The notes: a model not told the origin generated them from the sequence alone. 64,000 nt of DNA from an uncultured Chloroflexia bacterium (GCA_963735865.1 CAVTML010000002.1:1714917-1778916); one strand, 5' to 3'; positions 8,226 through 18,314 are shown, numbered from the stretch's first letter. A program made the numbers and translations.

Positions 8226-9341
8226 ATGCGGCTGCGCGATCTCGGCGTGGCCATCGGCGAGGGGCGACCGGGCCCGTCCAACGCCATCACCGATGTGCCT
8301 GGCGTGCGCGTGGGGCACGTCACGCTCATCGACGGTGACGGGCCGCTCATCGTGGGCCGCGGGCCCGTGCGAACCGGTGTGACCGTCGTCCTGCCGCATG
8401 ACGGCGACCTGGGCCGCGAGCCCGTCTTCGCCGGCGCGCACCGCCTCAACGGCAACGGCGAGATGACCGGCCTGGAGTGGATCCGCGAATCGGGCCTGCT
8501 GACCTCGCCAGTCGGGCTGACCAACACCAACAGCGTCGGCATGGTGCGCGACGCGCTGGTGGCGCTCGAGGCGCGCGGCCGCGACCCCGATGAGATCAGC
8601 TGGGCCTTGCCCGTGGTGGCCGAGACATGGGACGGCCGCCTCAACGACATCGACGGCTTCCACGTCAAGGCCGCCCACGTGGAGGCCGCCGTGACCGCCG
8701 CCCTCGGGCCGGCCGGCACCGCCGTCGCCGAGGGCAACGTGGGCGGCGGCACCGGCATGATCTGCCACGCCTTCAAGGGCGGCATCGGCACGAGCTCCCG
8801 CGTCGTCGAGCTGCCCGGGGTGTCCTTCACGCTGGGGGTGCTGGTGCAGGCGAACTACGGCCGGCGCCCCCGGCTGCGGCTCGACGGCGTGCCCATCGGG
8901 GCGGCCATCCCCACCAGCGAGGTGCCCTCACCATGGGAGGCGGCGCCCGCCGCCCGCGAAGGGGCCGGCTCGATCATCGTGCTCGTGGCGACCGACGCGC
9001 CCCTGCTGCCCGACCAGCTGACGCGCCTGGCCCAGCGACCGGCGCTGGCCATCGGGCGGGTCGGCGGCACCGGCGCCAACGACTCGGGCGACCTGATGCT
9101 GGCCTTCTCCACGGCCCAGCGTGGCGTGACCGCCAGGGAGCGCGAGGGTCCGGTCGTCACGCTCCGGGCTCTGGCCATCGACCAGCTCGACGGCCTCTTC
9201 ACGGCCGCCATCGAGGCCACCGAGGAGGCCATCTGGAACGCGCTCGTCGGGGCCACCACCATGGTCGGCCGCGACGGCAACACGGCCCACGCCATCCCCC
9301 ATGACCGGCTCGTGGAGGTGTGGCACCGGGCTCGGGGCTGA
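8226..9341 (+). CDS. P1/S58 family peptidase (DmpA-like L-aminopeptidase/D-esterase)
   Basis: ORF 8226..9341. Motifs: MRLRDLGVAIGEGRPGPSNAITDVPGVRVGHVTLI...TGVTVVLP...NGNGEMTG...GGGTGMICHAFKGGIGTSS. Confidence 0.8.
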   Translation: MRLRDLGVAIGEGRPGPSNAITDVPGVRVGHVTLIDGDGPLIVGRGPVRTGVTVVLPHDGDLGREPVFAGAHRLNGNGEMTGLEWIRESGLLTSPVGLTNTNSVGMVRDALVALEARGRDPDEISWALPVVAETWDGRLNDIDGFHVKAAHVEAAVTAALGPAGTAVAEGNVGGGTGMICHAFKGGIGTSSRVVELPGVSFTLGVLVQANYGRRPRLRLDGVPIGAAIPTSEVPSPWEAAPAAREGAGSIIVLVATDAPLLPDQLTRLAQRPALAIGRVGGTGANDSGDLMLAFSTAQRGVTAREREGPVVTLRALAIDQLDGLFTAAIEATEEAIWNALVGATTMVGRDGNTAHAIPHDRLVEVWHRARG

Positions 9342-9395
9342 CCCCCAGCCGGCATCAGGACAGGGCTCGAGCGAGGGTCCCAGGACCCGCGGTGC

Positions 9396-11411
9396 GTGGC
9401 GGCCACGGCCGCGAGCCTGGTGCCCGCGCGCATCGCCCGGGTCATGACCATGGACCTATTCGCGGCCACGCTCACGGCCGGTAGCCTCTCGCACGTTGTG
9501 AGCCTGCGACCCACGACCAGCGACGGGGGCCCGCGGCCGCCGCGGCGTGCCGCGCGGCCGACGCTGTTCCGGCTCGTCTTCGGGGCCTTCCTGCTGATCG
9601 TGGGGGTGGCCGCCAGCGGCCAGGCCGCGCTCGTCACGGCCGACCAGCAGCAGGCCCTGCTGGGCACGACCGTGGGCGCTGACGCCTCGACCGTGCGGGC
9701 CTTCGTCGGCCTCAACCTGCAGCCCCAGGACATCGCCCCAGGCGGCCTGACGACCGACCGACGGGCGACCCTCCAGGCGGGCCTCGCCTTCCTGGCCCAG
9801 AGCGGCCAGCTCCTGCACGTGGCGCTGTTGCAACCCGACGGCACGGTCCTGGTGAGCGACGACGGCACCGGCGTCGGGACGAAGGCGCCCAGCACGGACG
9901 ACCTGCTCACCGCGATCGGCCAGCAGCAGGCGCAGGCGGCGATCACCACCACGGCCGCGGCCGGAGCGCTCGAACCGCTGGCAACCACCGAGGTCATGCG
10001 CGAGTACCTGCCGATCATCCCCGCCGCGACCACCGGCGGCACGGCGACCGCCGGCCAGGTCCAGGCGGTCATGGCCGTCTGGCGTGACGCGGCCCCGGTC
10101 CTCGCGCAGCTCGACCAGGAGCGCCTGGAGATCGTGGCCATCACCATCGCCGCCGCTCTCATCAGCGCCCTCCTCCTGGGCTACGTCTTCCGCACCGCGC
10201 AGAAGCGCCTCTCCCGCCAGTCGGAGCAGCTCCTGGAGTCGACCCGCCTCGACCCGCACACGGGCCTCCTCAACCACGGCGCGCTCGTGGAGCTGCTGGG
10301 AGCGCGGCTCGAGGGCGCCCGCGAGGCCAGCCAAGCGAACGCGACGAGCGTGGCGCTGCTCGACCTGGACAACTTCCGCCTCCTCAATGACACGCACGGC
10401 CACCCGGCCGGCGACCTCGTGCTCGACGAGGTGACGGCGCTCCTCAAGCGGTATGCGCCGAGGGGCGCGCTCATCGGCCGCTATGGGCCCGACGAGTTCC
10501 TCGTCGTCTCGCCGCCGCACGACGCCAGCGGGCTGGAACCGGCCATGGACCACCTGCGCGAGGCCTTGACCGAGCTGAGCCTGCAGTTCGAGGGATCGGA
10601 GCGGCTGCCCGTGTCGGTCAGCATCGGCATCGCCTTCTACCCGCTCCACGGCACGTCCGTAACGCCGCTCCTGGCCGCCGCGTCGGCCGCCCTCGACGAA
10701 GCCAAGACGAGCGGCGGCGACGCGATCTGCGTGGCCGACGATCGCGCGGCCGAGCACGTCGCCGACCAGACGTTCGGCGTCCTGCAGGGCCTCGTCATCG
10801 CGGTCGACACGAAGGACCGTTACACGCGGCGCCACTCCGAGGACGTGGCCCGCTACGCCGACTTCCTGGCCCGCGAGCTCGGCCTGGACGGCGAGACGCG
10901 GCGCGTCGTCCACACCGCCGGGCTGCTGCACGACGTGGGCAAGATCGGCATCCCCGACGCCATCCTGCGCAAGCCGGGCAAGCTGACCGACGACGAGTAC
11001 GCCATCGTCAAGCAGCACGTCACGCTCGGCGACCGGATCGTCCACGGCCTGCCCGACCTGGAGATGATCCGCGCCGGCGTGCGGCACCACCACGAGCGGT
11101 GGGACGGGCGCGGCTACGCCCACGCCCTCGCCGGCACCGACATCCCGCTCATCGCGCGCCTCCTGGCCGTCGGCGATGCCTTCTCCGCCATGACCACGAC
11201 CCGCCCCTATCGCAAGGCGATGTCGATCGAGGAGGCCCTGCGGCGGCTGGAGGACGCCGCAGGCACGCAGCTGGACGAGGACCTGGTGCGGACGTTCGCG
11301 CACGCCATGCGCACGGTGAGCGACGCCCCGCTGGGCGAACCGACGCGCACCGTGGGCGCGGCGCCGGCCCGCCTGTGGACCCCGGACGTGGCTACGGCAC
11401 GCGTCGCATGA
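9396..11411 (+). CDS. membrane-anchored GGDEF (degenerate GPDEF) + HD-GYP-type (GYA variant) c-di-GMP signalling protein
   Basis: ORF 9396..11411; ATG 9444 is an alternative start. It has a TM helix and periplasmic region. The GGDEF domain reads [12 protein letters not shown]...[19 protein letters not shown]...[12 protein letters not shown]. The HD-GYP domain reads HSEDVARYA...[12 protein letters not shown]...[14 protein letters not shown]. Confidence 0.85.
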   Translation: MAATAASLVPARIARVMTMDLFAATLTAGSLSHVVSLRPTTSDGGPRPPRRAARPTLFRLVFGAFLLIVGVAASGQAALVTADQQQALLGTTVGADASTVRAFVGLNLQPQDIAPGGLTTDRRATLQAGLAFLAQSGQLLHVALLQPDGTVLVSDDGTGVGTKAPSTDDLLTAIGQQQAQAAITTTAAAGALEPLATTEVMREYLPIIPAATTGGTATAGQVQAVMAVWRDAAPVLAQLDQERLEIVAITIAAALISALLLGYVFRTAQKRLSRQSEQLLESTRLDPHTGLLNHGALVELLGARLEGAREASQANATSVALLDLDNFRLLNDTHGHPAGDLVLDEVTALLKRYAPRGALIGRYGPDEFLVVSPPHDASGLEPAMDHLREALTELSLQFEGSERLPVSVSIGIAFYPLHGTSVTPLLAAASAALDEAKTSGGDAICVADDRAAEHVADQTFGVLQGLVIAVDTKDRYTRRHSEDVARYADFLARELGLDGETRRVVHTAGLLHDVGKIGIPDAILRKPGKLTDDEYAIVKQHVTLGDRIVHGLPDLEMIRAGVRHHHERWDGRGYAHALAGTDIPLIARLLAVGDAFSAMTTTRPYRKAMSIEEALRRLEDAAGTQLDEDLVRTFAHAMRTVSDAPLGEPTRTVGAAPARLWTPDVATARVA

Positions 11412-12460
11412 CACGGTCCATCGGACTCTTCGCCGTCCTCCTCGCCGCGGGCCTGGCGATCCTCACCGCCCCGGTGACGTCGGCCGCCGTGCTGCCGACA
11501 ATCTGGACCGTCAGCGCGACCCCCATGGTGCTCACGGAGGGCCAGGTCACGGACGTCACGCTGACCGTGACCGGCGGCGACACCCGCATCCGCTGCCTCG
11601 TGGTCTCGGTGCCGGCCGGGTTCACGGTCCTCGCCGAGGGCGTCGACAGCGTCCCGGCCGGTCAGACGTGGACGGCCAGGCAGACCGGTTCCGCGCCCAC
11701 CACCGTGACGTTCAACGCGACTGGCACCGGCGCCGGGCTGCAGCTCCTGGATGTCGGCACGTTCGACATCCGGGTGATGCCGGTCGACGCCCCGCTCGGC
11801 GCCTGGACGACGACCGGGCACACCGGCAAGTCGCCCGGCAGTCCCGACGCCGGTCCGCCGCTGCTGCCGCTCCAGCCGTTCGTCATCATCCCGGGACCGA
11901 CACCGACACCGACCGCCACCCCGACCCCGACGCCGACGCCCACTCCGACCGACACGCCGACGCCGACGCCCACGCTCGGGCCGACCCCGACCCCCGGGAC
12001 GACCCCGAGCGCGACCGCCCGCCCCACGCCGACCGCCGCCCGCACGGGTTCGCCGACGTCCGGCCCGACGCGCTCGCCAGGCACCGGCGCCACTCCATCG
12101 GTCACACCGACCGACGCCCCGACCGCCTCACCGACTGGATCGCCGTCGCCGAGCGACACCGACACGACGGGCGGCGGCGCCGGACCGGTGAGCGGCGCGG
12201 GCGGCGGGCCGTCAGCTGCCGGGACCGCTGGTCACGGGGTGGTGACCGTCGCGGCGGCGCCGGTGGGCGGGGCCGTGACTATCGGCAACCTGGGCGTGGC
12301 GGGCGCCGTGGGCCTCTTTGCCTGGCTCGTGCCGGTGACGCTGCTCGGCCTTCCGGGACTGCTGCTCCTGATCATCGGAGCGCAGCTGGGGACGGCCGGC
12401 CTGTTCGTGCCGCTGACCCGACGCGTCCTGGCGGACCGTGAGACACGATCCGGGGCGTGA
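11408..12460 (+). CDS. secreted/anchored Pro-Thr-rich protein with C-terminal TM segment
   Basis: ATG 11408 overlaps the upstream stop (ATGA). Order of parts: signal peptide ([23 protein letters not shown]), an Ig-like region, a long PT linker ([38 protein letters not shown]...), and C-terminal hydrophobic helices. Confidence 0.6.
   Translation: MTRSIGLFAVLLAAGLAILTAPVTSAAVLPTIWTVSATPMVLTEGQVTDVTLTVTGGDTRIRCLVVSVPAGFTVLAEGVDSVPAGQTWTARQTGSAPTTVTFNATGTGAGLQLLDVGTFDIRVMPVDAPLGAWTTTGHTGKSPGSPDAGPPLLPLQPFVIIPGPTPTPTATPTPTPTPTPTDTPTPTPTLGPTPTPGTTPSATARPTPTAARTGSPTSGPTRSPGTGATPSVTPTDAPTASPTGSPSPSDTDTTGGGAGPVSGAGGGPSAAGTAGHGVVTVAAAPVGGAVTIGNLGVAGAVGLFAWLVPVTLLGLPGLLLLIIGAQLGTAGLFVPLTRRVLADRETRSGA
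11897..11995 (+). repeat. imperfect (CCGACN)n hexanucleotide tract encoding the (PT)n linker
   Basis: Read directly: ccgacaccgacaccgaccgccaccccgaccccgacgccgacgcccactccgaccgacacgccgacgccgacgcccacgctcgggccgaccccgaccc. Confidence 0.8.
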
Positions 12461-12462
12461 CC

Positions 12463-14121
12463 TCAGGGCGACTCGAGGTGCGGAGCCTCGAAGAGCACCC
12501 GACCCTCACTGAGCGTCAGCAGCACGCGAGCGTCGCCGGGCAAGCCCGCGCCTGGGCCCAGGAGGTCGCGGTCCAGGACCACCAGGTCGGCCAGCTTGCC
12601 CGCCTCGAGCGTGCCCGTCAGGTCGTCGAGGTGGTTGACGTAGGCCGAGCCGCTCGTGAAGGCGGCCAGGGCCTCCATGAGGGTGAGCGACTCGGCCGGC
12701 AGGAACGGCGGCTGGTCGCGGTGCTCCGGTGACACACGGGTCACGGCCACCTCCACCTCGGCCAGCACGTCGGGCGTGCTGACGGTCCAGTCACTGCCGC
12801 CGGCCAGCCTGGCCCCGGCGGCGCGGAGCGAGTGGAAGGGGTACTGGAGCGCACGGCGCTCGGGTGGCAGGAAGGGCCACGTCAGGACGTCCATCTGGGG
12901 GTCGTGGCAGGCCCAGTAGGGCTGGATGGTGGCCGTCGCGCCGAGCGCCCGGAAGCGTGACCGGTCGGCCGCATCCACCACCTGGAGGTGCGCCAGGTGG
13001 TGGCGGTGGTCGGCCGCGCCGTTGACGCTCCGGGCGGCCTCGAGGGCATCCAGCACCTCGCGCACGGCCCGGTCACCGATGGCGTGGAAGTGGACCTGGA
13101 AGCCCAGCGCGTCGAGGGCCTGGACGTGGCGCTCGAGCACCGCCGGCTCGATGAAGCTCCGGCCGACGTCGGCCGTCGGCTCTCCGTTCGCATCACGGTA
13201 GGGCCAGAGCATGGCCGCCGTCTGGTTCTCCGCCACGCCGTCCTGCATGATCTTGACCGTGCCCGCCCGGAGCCGGCCGAACGTGCCGACCCGGCGGCCC
13301 TCGACCAGCTCTTCGATCTGCTCGCCGCCGCGCTCGCGCTCCCACCACTGGCAGGCGGTCACCCGGCCGGTGAGCAGATCACGCTCGGCGAACAGGCGAT
13401 AGGCCGCCAGGTCGACGGGGGTCACCCAGGCGTCCTGCCAGGCCGTGATGCCGAGGCGATGGAGATACGCCTGGGCCTCGAGCAACCCCTGCACCCGATC
13501 CTCCTGCGATGGGGCGGGCGCGAGCGGCCGGACCAGGTCCACGGCGCTCTCGTGCAGCGTGCCGCTGGGCGCCCCATCCGGACCCCGTTCGATCCGTCCG
13601 TGGGGCGGGTCTGAGGTGCGCGCCGTGATGCCTGCCGCCTCCAGGGCCCGCGTGTTGACCCACGCCGCGTGGATGTCGCGGTTGACGAAGAAGGCGGGAC
13701 GGTCGGGCACGACGCGGTCGAGCTGGGCTGCGGTCGGTGTCCCCCCGGGGAACGCGGCGAGGTACCAGCCATCTCCCAGCACCCACGGGGCCTCGGGCCA
13801 CCGGGCCGCGTAGGCGGCGATCGCGACGAGGTACGCCTCGGACGTCGCCGGCAGCTCGTGCAGGCGGCACCCGGTGAAGCCCGCCGCGGCGATGGCCACG
13901 TGGACGTGGGCATCCTGGAAGCCGGGCAGGACCGTCCGGCCGCGGAGGTCGATCCGACGGGTGCGGGGCCCGGCCAGCCGCGCGATGTCGGACGAACCCC
14001 CCACGGCCAGGATCCGGCCGTCGCGCACGGCCAGCGCCCCGGCCGGCCGCCCCGCGCCGTCCATCGTCACGACGCGGCCACCGAGCAGGACGAGGTCTGC
14101 AGGCCCGTCAGGCACGTACAT
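12463..14121 (-). CDS. amidohydrolase family metallo-hydrolase (Amidohydro_3-like)
   Basis: ORF 12463..14184 (-); ATG 14121 (MYVPDGPADLVLLGGRVVTMDG) is the likely start. Motifs: PGFQDAHVHV, FHAIGDRAVREVLDA, HLAHLQVV, GSDWTVS, ADLVVLDRD. Confidence 0.85.
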   Translation of the reverse strand: MYVPDGPADLVLLGGRVVTMDGAGRPAGALAVRDGRILAVGGSSDIARLAGPRTRRIDLRGRTVLPGFQDAHVHVAIAAAGFTGCRLHELPATSEAYLVAIAAYAARWPEAPWVLGDGWYLAAFPGGTPTAAQLDRVVPDRPAFFVNRDIHAAWVNTRALEAAGITARTSDPPHGRIERGPDGAPSGTLHESAVDLVRPLAPAPSQEDRVQGLLEAQAYLHRLGITAWQDAWVTPVDLAAYRLFAERDLLTGRVTACQWWERERGGEQIEELVEGRRVGTFGRLRAGTVKIMQDGVAENQTAAMLWPYRDANGEPTADVGRSFIEPAVLERHVQALDALGFQVHFHAIGDRAVREVLDALEAARSVNGAADHRHHLAHLQVVDAADRSRFRALGATATIQPYWACHDPQMDVLTWPFLPPERRALQYPFHSLRAAGARLAGGSDWTVSTPDVLAEVEVAVTRVSPEHRDQPPFLPAESLTLMEALAAFTSGSAYVNHLDDLTGTLEAGKLADLVVLDRDLLGPGAGLPGDARVLLTLSEGRVLFEAPHLESP

Positions 14122-14222
14122 GCCACGTATACTGCCGCCCCATAAGCCAAAACGCCCCTTCCGCCGGCGCCGGCGTCGGCGCACCGCCCACGCTGGAAGA
14201 CCCCCTCGCCGAGGCGCGGCGC

Positions 14223-14954
14223 GTGATCGCCCTGGCCCAGGGCCGCGGGCTCCAGGTGCGGCTCATGGGCGGCCTCGCCTTCCACGCCCGCTGCCCCGAC
14301 TGGACCGCGCGCATCAACCGCTCCGGCCGTGACCTGGACCTGGCCACCCGGACCCGCGACCGCAAGGCCCTGGCCGAGTTGCTGGTGGCCAACGGCTACA
14401 CCGCCGACAAGCAGTACAACGCGCTCTACGGCCACAAGCAGCTCTACTTCGTCGACGTGCCCCGCGAGCGCCCGGTGGACGTGCTGGTCGACGCCCTGGA
14501 GATGTGCCACAAGTTCAGCTTCATGCATCGCCTGGACGTCACCGAGAGCACCCTGCCGCCGGCCGACCTGCTGCTCTCCAAGCTGCAGGTGGTCAAGATC
14601 AACCGCAAGGACGTGCTCGACATCCTGGCCCTGCTGTCGGAGTACCCCTTCGCCGAGGACGACAGCGGGGGCTTGGCCATCTCGCTGCGGCGCATCACCG
14701 AGTTCACCAGCAACGACTGGGGCTGGTGGCGCACGGCGACGGGCACCCTCGACAAGCTGGTCGCCTTCCTGGACCACGACGTCGCAGACGGCGAGCTGGA
14801 GTTCGGCCGCCCGGCCCGTCACGATGCGCGCGCCCAGGTGCTGGCCCTCCGGGCGGCCATCGACGCGGCCCCCAAGTCGGCCCGCTGGAAGATGCGCTCG
14901 CGCGCGGGCGATCACCTGTCGTGGTATCAGGAACCCGAAGAGGTCGGCCACTGA
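14223..14954 (+). CDS. uncharacterised nucleotidyltransferase-family protein
   Basis: ORF 14223..14954. LMGGLAFHARCP...GRDLDLATR...ALAELLVANGYT...VDVLVD resembles the uncharacterised nucleotidyltransferase (NTP_transf_5-like) family. The open frame continues upstream without a canonical start, so the start is uncertain. Confidence 0.55.
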   Translation: MIALAQGRGLQVRLMGGLAFHARCPDWTARINRSGRDLDLATRTRDRKALAELLVANGYTADKQYNALYGHKQLYFVDVPRERPVDVLVDALEMCHKFSFMHRLDVTESTLPPADLLLSKLQVVKINRKDVLDILALLSEYPFAEDDSGGLAISLRRITEFTSNDWGWWRTATGTLDKLVAFLDHDVADGELEFGRPARHDARAQVLALRAAIDAAPKSARWKMRSRAGDHLSWYQEPEEVGH

Positions 14955-15024
14955 CCCGGTGCGGCCGCGCACCGGCGAACGGGCCCCTTCATGACGCCTT
15001 CAGGACACGGCGCTGTAGTGTTGG

Positions 15025-16029
15025 ATGGCGACGTGCGATATCGCGCCGCCTGACGACCGAACCGTCATCGACGACCACCGCGATCCTGCCTGGAGGCCCT
15101 CCGTGAGCGAACCCAACGAGCCGATCGTGTGGCAGCCGACCGAGCCCGCGCCGCTCCAGCCGGAAGCGGACGCGACTGCCCCCGCGGCCGCCCCGGCCCC
15201 CCTCACAGCGGTCGTGCCCGTCTCAGCCGATGCACCGGCCTCCCACGGCCGCCTCGACCGCGGGAACATCCTCAAGGGCGCCATCGGCCTGGTGGCGGGG
15301 ATCGCCATCGTGGCCAGCGTGGCCGTGGTCGCCGGGACCGCGCCAACGAGCGACGGCAACACGGCGGGCGCCGCCCCGCAGGCGTCGACCGCGCCAAAGG
15401 CGTCGGGTCGCCCGCAGCCCTTCGGCCTCCCGTCGATCGGTGGGATCTTCGGCTTCGGCGGGGGTCTGCCCGGCGTGGCCGCCTCGCCGTTCGGTGGCGT
15501 GACCATCGCCTCCATCGAGGGCACCAGGGTCGACCTCAAGACCGCTGACGGGTGGGCCCGCAACGTGACCATCGACAGCTCCGTCAAGGTCACCGAGGCG
15601 GGCCGCACGATGAGCGCCGGCGACCTCAAGGTGGGGCAGGCCGTGCGGCTCCAGGAGAAGCGCAACAGCGACGGGACGTTCACGGTGACCGGGCTCGTCA
15701 TCGTCACGCCGAGCGTCGTCGGCCAGGTCACGGCCAAGACGCTGACCACGATCACGATCAAGCGCTCCGACGGCACCACGCAGACGATCGACGTCGATAG
15801 CAGCACGACCTATCGTGTCCAGGGCGCCGCGACCAGCAACCTGGCGGCCATCACGGTCGGCATGACCATCGTGGCCAGCGGGCCGCAGGAGAGCAACGGC
15901 GCGCTCCACGCCTTCACGGTGCAGGGTGGCTCGTTCCGCGTCTCCCGCCCCTCCGATGGCAAGCACCCCGCGGCCTCCGGGGCGCCCAAGACCTCGGCCG
16001 CGCCGCAGGGTTCCGGGACGAACGGCTGA
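15025..16029 (+). CDS. membrane-anchored protein with two DUF5666-like beta domains
   Basis: ORF 15025..16029. It has a Pro/Ala-rich N-terminus, a TM helix (GAIGLVAGIAIVASVAVVAG) and a Gly-rich linker. Two similar units follow (IASIEGTRVDLKTADGW...VKVTEAG; VGQVTAKTLTTITIKRSDGTTQTIDVDSSTTYRV). Confidence 0.55.
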   Translation: MATCDIAPPDDRTVIDDHRDPAWRPSVSEPNEPIVWQPTEPAPLQPEADATAPAAAPAPLTAVVPVSADAPASHGRLDRGNILKGAIGLVAGIAIVASVAVVAGTAPTSDGNTAGAAPQASTAPKASGRPQPFGLPSIGGIFGFGGGLPGVAASPFGGVTIASIEGTRVDLKTADGWARNVTIDSSVKVTEAGRTMSAGDLKVGQAVRLQEKRNSDGTFTVTGLVIVTPSVVGQVTAKTLTTITIKRSDGTTQTIDVDSSTTYRVQGAATSNLAAITVGMTIVASGPQESNGALHAFTVQGGSFRVSRPSDGKHPAASGAPKTSAAPQGSGTNG

Positions 16030-16053
16030 CGCTCCGGCCGGGTCCCGGCCCGG

Positions 16054-16797
16054 TCAGCCCGCGCGGGCCACGGCGCGCGCGACCCACTCAGGTGCGACCC
16101 GGCTGAGGCGTGCCTTGGCCAGGTTCTGACGCACGATCCAGCGCACGTCCGGCTGGGGATCGTCCACCCACGGGTCGAAGGCAGGCAGGCCGATCTCCGC
16201 GTCGGCGGCGACGGCCACGCTCCACCCGTAGCCCAGCGCCTGGCGCAGGACGCGCACGTCGTCGGCGCGTGGGTCGAGGGCGTCCCTGACCGTGGCGGTC
16301 AGACGGGCAAGCACCGCCAGGACCCGCTCGATGAACGCGCGTCCGCGCAGGAGCCGCGGCTCGCAGAGGGCCGCCATGGCCGCCCGACCCTCGAGGGCTG
16401 AGCCAGTCGCCCATCGCTCCATCTCGTCGAGTAGGCGCTGCGGGTCGATGTCGCCCCACGCCTGCAGGCCGATCGCCACCGCCTCGCGCACGCGCCACCG
16501 TTCGTCGTTGGCGATCCGCCGCAGGCGCGGCAGCAGCGCGCGGTCACCCGCGGCCACCAGTCGCCCCAGCCCGACGACGCCGACGCAGGCCAGGAACCCG
16601 TCGGGCGAGTCGCCCGGCGCCTCCTTCACCCCAAGGGCGGCCCAACGCTCCAGGGCGGCCCGATCGGCCGCCGCGCTGGCGGCGTCGAGTAACTCCAGAT
16701 TGCCCCGTGGCCCCGGCAGGTGGGAGTTGGCCCGCAGGTAAGCGGCCCGGTCCGGGGCCGCGAGGAAGCCGGCCAGCTCGTCGTCGCGTCGTGTCAT
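16054..16797 (-). CDS. HEAT-repeat protein (DNA alkylation repair enzyme-like)
   Basis: ORF 16054..16797 (-). Motifs: PGPRGNLELL, NDERWRVREAVAIGLQAW, PDVRWIVRQNL. It overlaps the stop of the upstream sigma-factor gene by 4 nt. Confidence 0.6.
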   Translation of the reverse strand: MTRRDDELAGFLAAPDRAAYLRANSHLPGPRGNLELLDAASAAADRAALERWAALGVKEAPGDSPDGFLACVGVVGLGRLVAAGDRALLPRLRRIANDERWRVREAVAIGLQAWGDIDPQRLLDEMERWATGSALEGRAAMAALCEPRLLRGRAFIERVLAVLARLTATVRDALDPRADDVRVLRQALGYGWSVAVAADAEIGLPAFDPWVDDPQPDVRWIVRQNLAKARLSRVAPEWVARAVARAG

Positions 16798-17717
16798 GCG
16801 TCGCCATCCAGGTGCAGGCCAGCCAGTTTGGCTGGATCACCGTTGATATCGATCGCGGCGACGCGGCCGTCGGCCACGATGAGCCCGATGACGTACGGCC
16901 CCTGGCCGGTCAGCGTGACGACCACACCGGCCGCGCCATTGACGACGGCCGGGCGGGCGAATCGAGCGAAGCCGCGCCCCACGGTGGTGATGTAGCGCGC
17001 CACGGCCGCGGCACCCTCGACCGGTGGTCGGGCGAGCGGGCCGCTGCCGCCACCATCGGACCGGAAGACCACGTCCGGCGCCAGCAGATCGATGAGCGCC
17101 TCGAAGTCGCCGGCGCGCCCGGCGGCCAGGAATGCCTCCACGACACGCCGCTGCACGGCCAGGTCGGGATCCGGCCGTGGCGCCGCCTGGACCCGCCGGC
17201 GGGCGCGGCTGGCGAGCTGGCGGGTCGCAGCCGGTGTCCGTCCCACGATCGGGGCGATCTCCTCGAAGGCCAAGGCGAAGACGTCGTGGAGGACGAAGGC
17301 GAGCCGTTCGGGCGGGCTGAGGGTCTCCAGCACCACGAGGAGGGCGAGGCCGGCGGAGTCGGCCATCACGGCCTGTGTCTCGGGATCGCTTGCGCCACCC
17401 AGTGCGTCCCGGTCCAGGACCCCGCGGCCGCGCGGATCGTCGTCGCCCAGCAGCGGCTCGGGCAGCCACGACCCCGCGTACGCCTCGCGGCGAGCCTTGC
17501 GCGCACGGAGCATGTCAAGGCAGATGCGCCCGATCACCACGGTCAGCCAGCCGCGCAGGTCCTCCGTGCCTCCCGGATCGGCACGATCGAGGCGCAGCCA
17601 GGTCTCCTGCACGGCGTCCTCGGCCTCACTGACCGAGCCGAGCAGGCGGTAGGCGACCGCGCGCAGGTGCGGCCGCTGCCGCTCGAACGCCTGCGCCAGG
17701 TAGGCCTGCCGATCCAC
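16794..17717 (-). CDS. ECF sigma factor with C-terminal SnoaL-like extension (SigJ/ECF41-like)
   Basis: GTG 17717 is in frame with ORF 16794..18050 (-). Region 2: FERQRPHLRAVAYRLLGSVSEAEDAVQETWLRL. Region 4: LSPPERLAFVLHDVFALAFEEIAPIVGRTPAATRQLASRAR. The C-terminal extension reads VVEAFLAAGRAGDFEALIDLLAPDVVFRSDGGG. Confidence 0.85.
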   Translation of the reverse strand: MDRQAYLAQAFERQRPHLRAVAYRLLGSVSEAEDAVQETWLRLDRADPGGTEDLRGWLTVVIGRICLDMLRARKARREAYAGSWLPEPLLGDDDPRGRGVLDRDALGGASDPETQAVMADSAGLALLVVLETLSPPERLAFVLHDVFALAFEEIAPIVGRTPAATRQLASRARRRVQAAPRPDPDLAVQRRVVEAFLAAGRAGDFEALIDLLAPDVVFRSDGGGSGPLARPPVEGAAAVARYITTVGRGFARFARPAVVNGAAGVVVTLTGQGPYVIGLIVADGRVAAIDINGDPAKLAGLHLDGDA

Positions 17718-17837
17718 CGTTCGCCCTCGTCCTCCTGCGGTCGCAGCGGTTAGCCGGTCACATCCGACCAGCCGCTTCCGTATCCAGTGTGACGACCCGA
17801 TGACAGGCCGTCTGTCCAGAACAGAGGAGTCGCTCGC

Positions 17838-18314
17838 ATGACCAACCCGACCACCGCCCCGTCGCTCGTGTCGGCACTCAACCCGCTCGTCCGACGCCTG
17901 CTCCACATCGGCCTGCCGATGGGGCCCAACGTGCTCCTGACGGTCCGCGGCCGCACGAGCGGGCAGCCGCGGACCTTCCCCGTCGCGATCCTGCAGAGCG
18001 GGGGCCACGAGTACGTGGCATCGCCCTTCGGCGAGGTCAACTGGGTGCACAACCTGCGCGCCGACGGCCGCGCCGTACTGCGGCGGGGGCGCCGCGAGCA
18101 GATGGTCCTGGCGGTGGAACTCACCGCGGACGAGGCCGGGCGGGTCTTCAGCGCCTCGCTCGGGCGCTACCTGGCGCTGCCGGTCGCGTCGTCGCTCCTG
18201 CGCAGGTTCTACAAGCTGCCGGCCCAGCCATCAGCGGCGGACTACCTGCGCGAGGCGCAGTCCCACCCGATGTTCGAGCTGCGACCTACGGCCTCGACGG
18301 CACGCCCGGGGTGA
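17838..18314 (+). CDS. deazaflavin (F420)-dependent nitroreductase-family oxidoreductase (DUF385)
   Basis: ORF 17838..18314. Motifs: NPLVRRLLHIGLPMGPNVLLTVRGRTSGQPRTFPVAIL...GEVNWVHNLRADGRAVLRRG. Confidence 0.8.
   Translation: MTNPTTAPSLVSALNPLVRRLLHIGLPMGPNVLLTVRGRTSGQPRTFPVAILQSGGHEYVASPFGEVNWVHNLRADGRAVLRRGRREQMVLAVELTADEAGRVFSASLGRYLALPVASSLLRRFYKLPAQPSAADYLREAQSHPMFELRPTASTARPG

Noticed and set aside
11897-11995. CRISPR-like or other spaced-repeat array.
   Set aside because: The only short tandem repeats are in-frame hexamers encoding a PT linker. No repeat-spacer periodicity of 25-40 nt was seen anywhere in the window, and there are no cas genes.
18286-18314. 29-nt convergent overlap of the DUF385 gene (+) and the aquaporin gene (-) as a regulatory antisense feature.
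   Set aside because: Short 3-prime overlaps of convergent genes are common in compact GC-rich genomes, and nothing else distinguishes the site.
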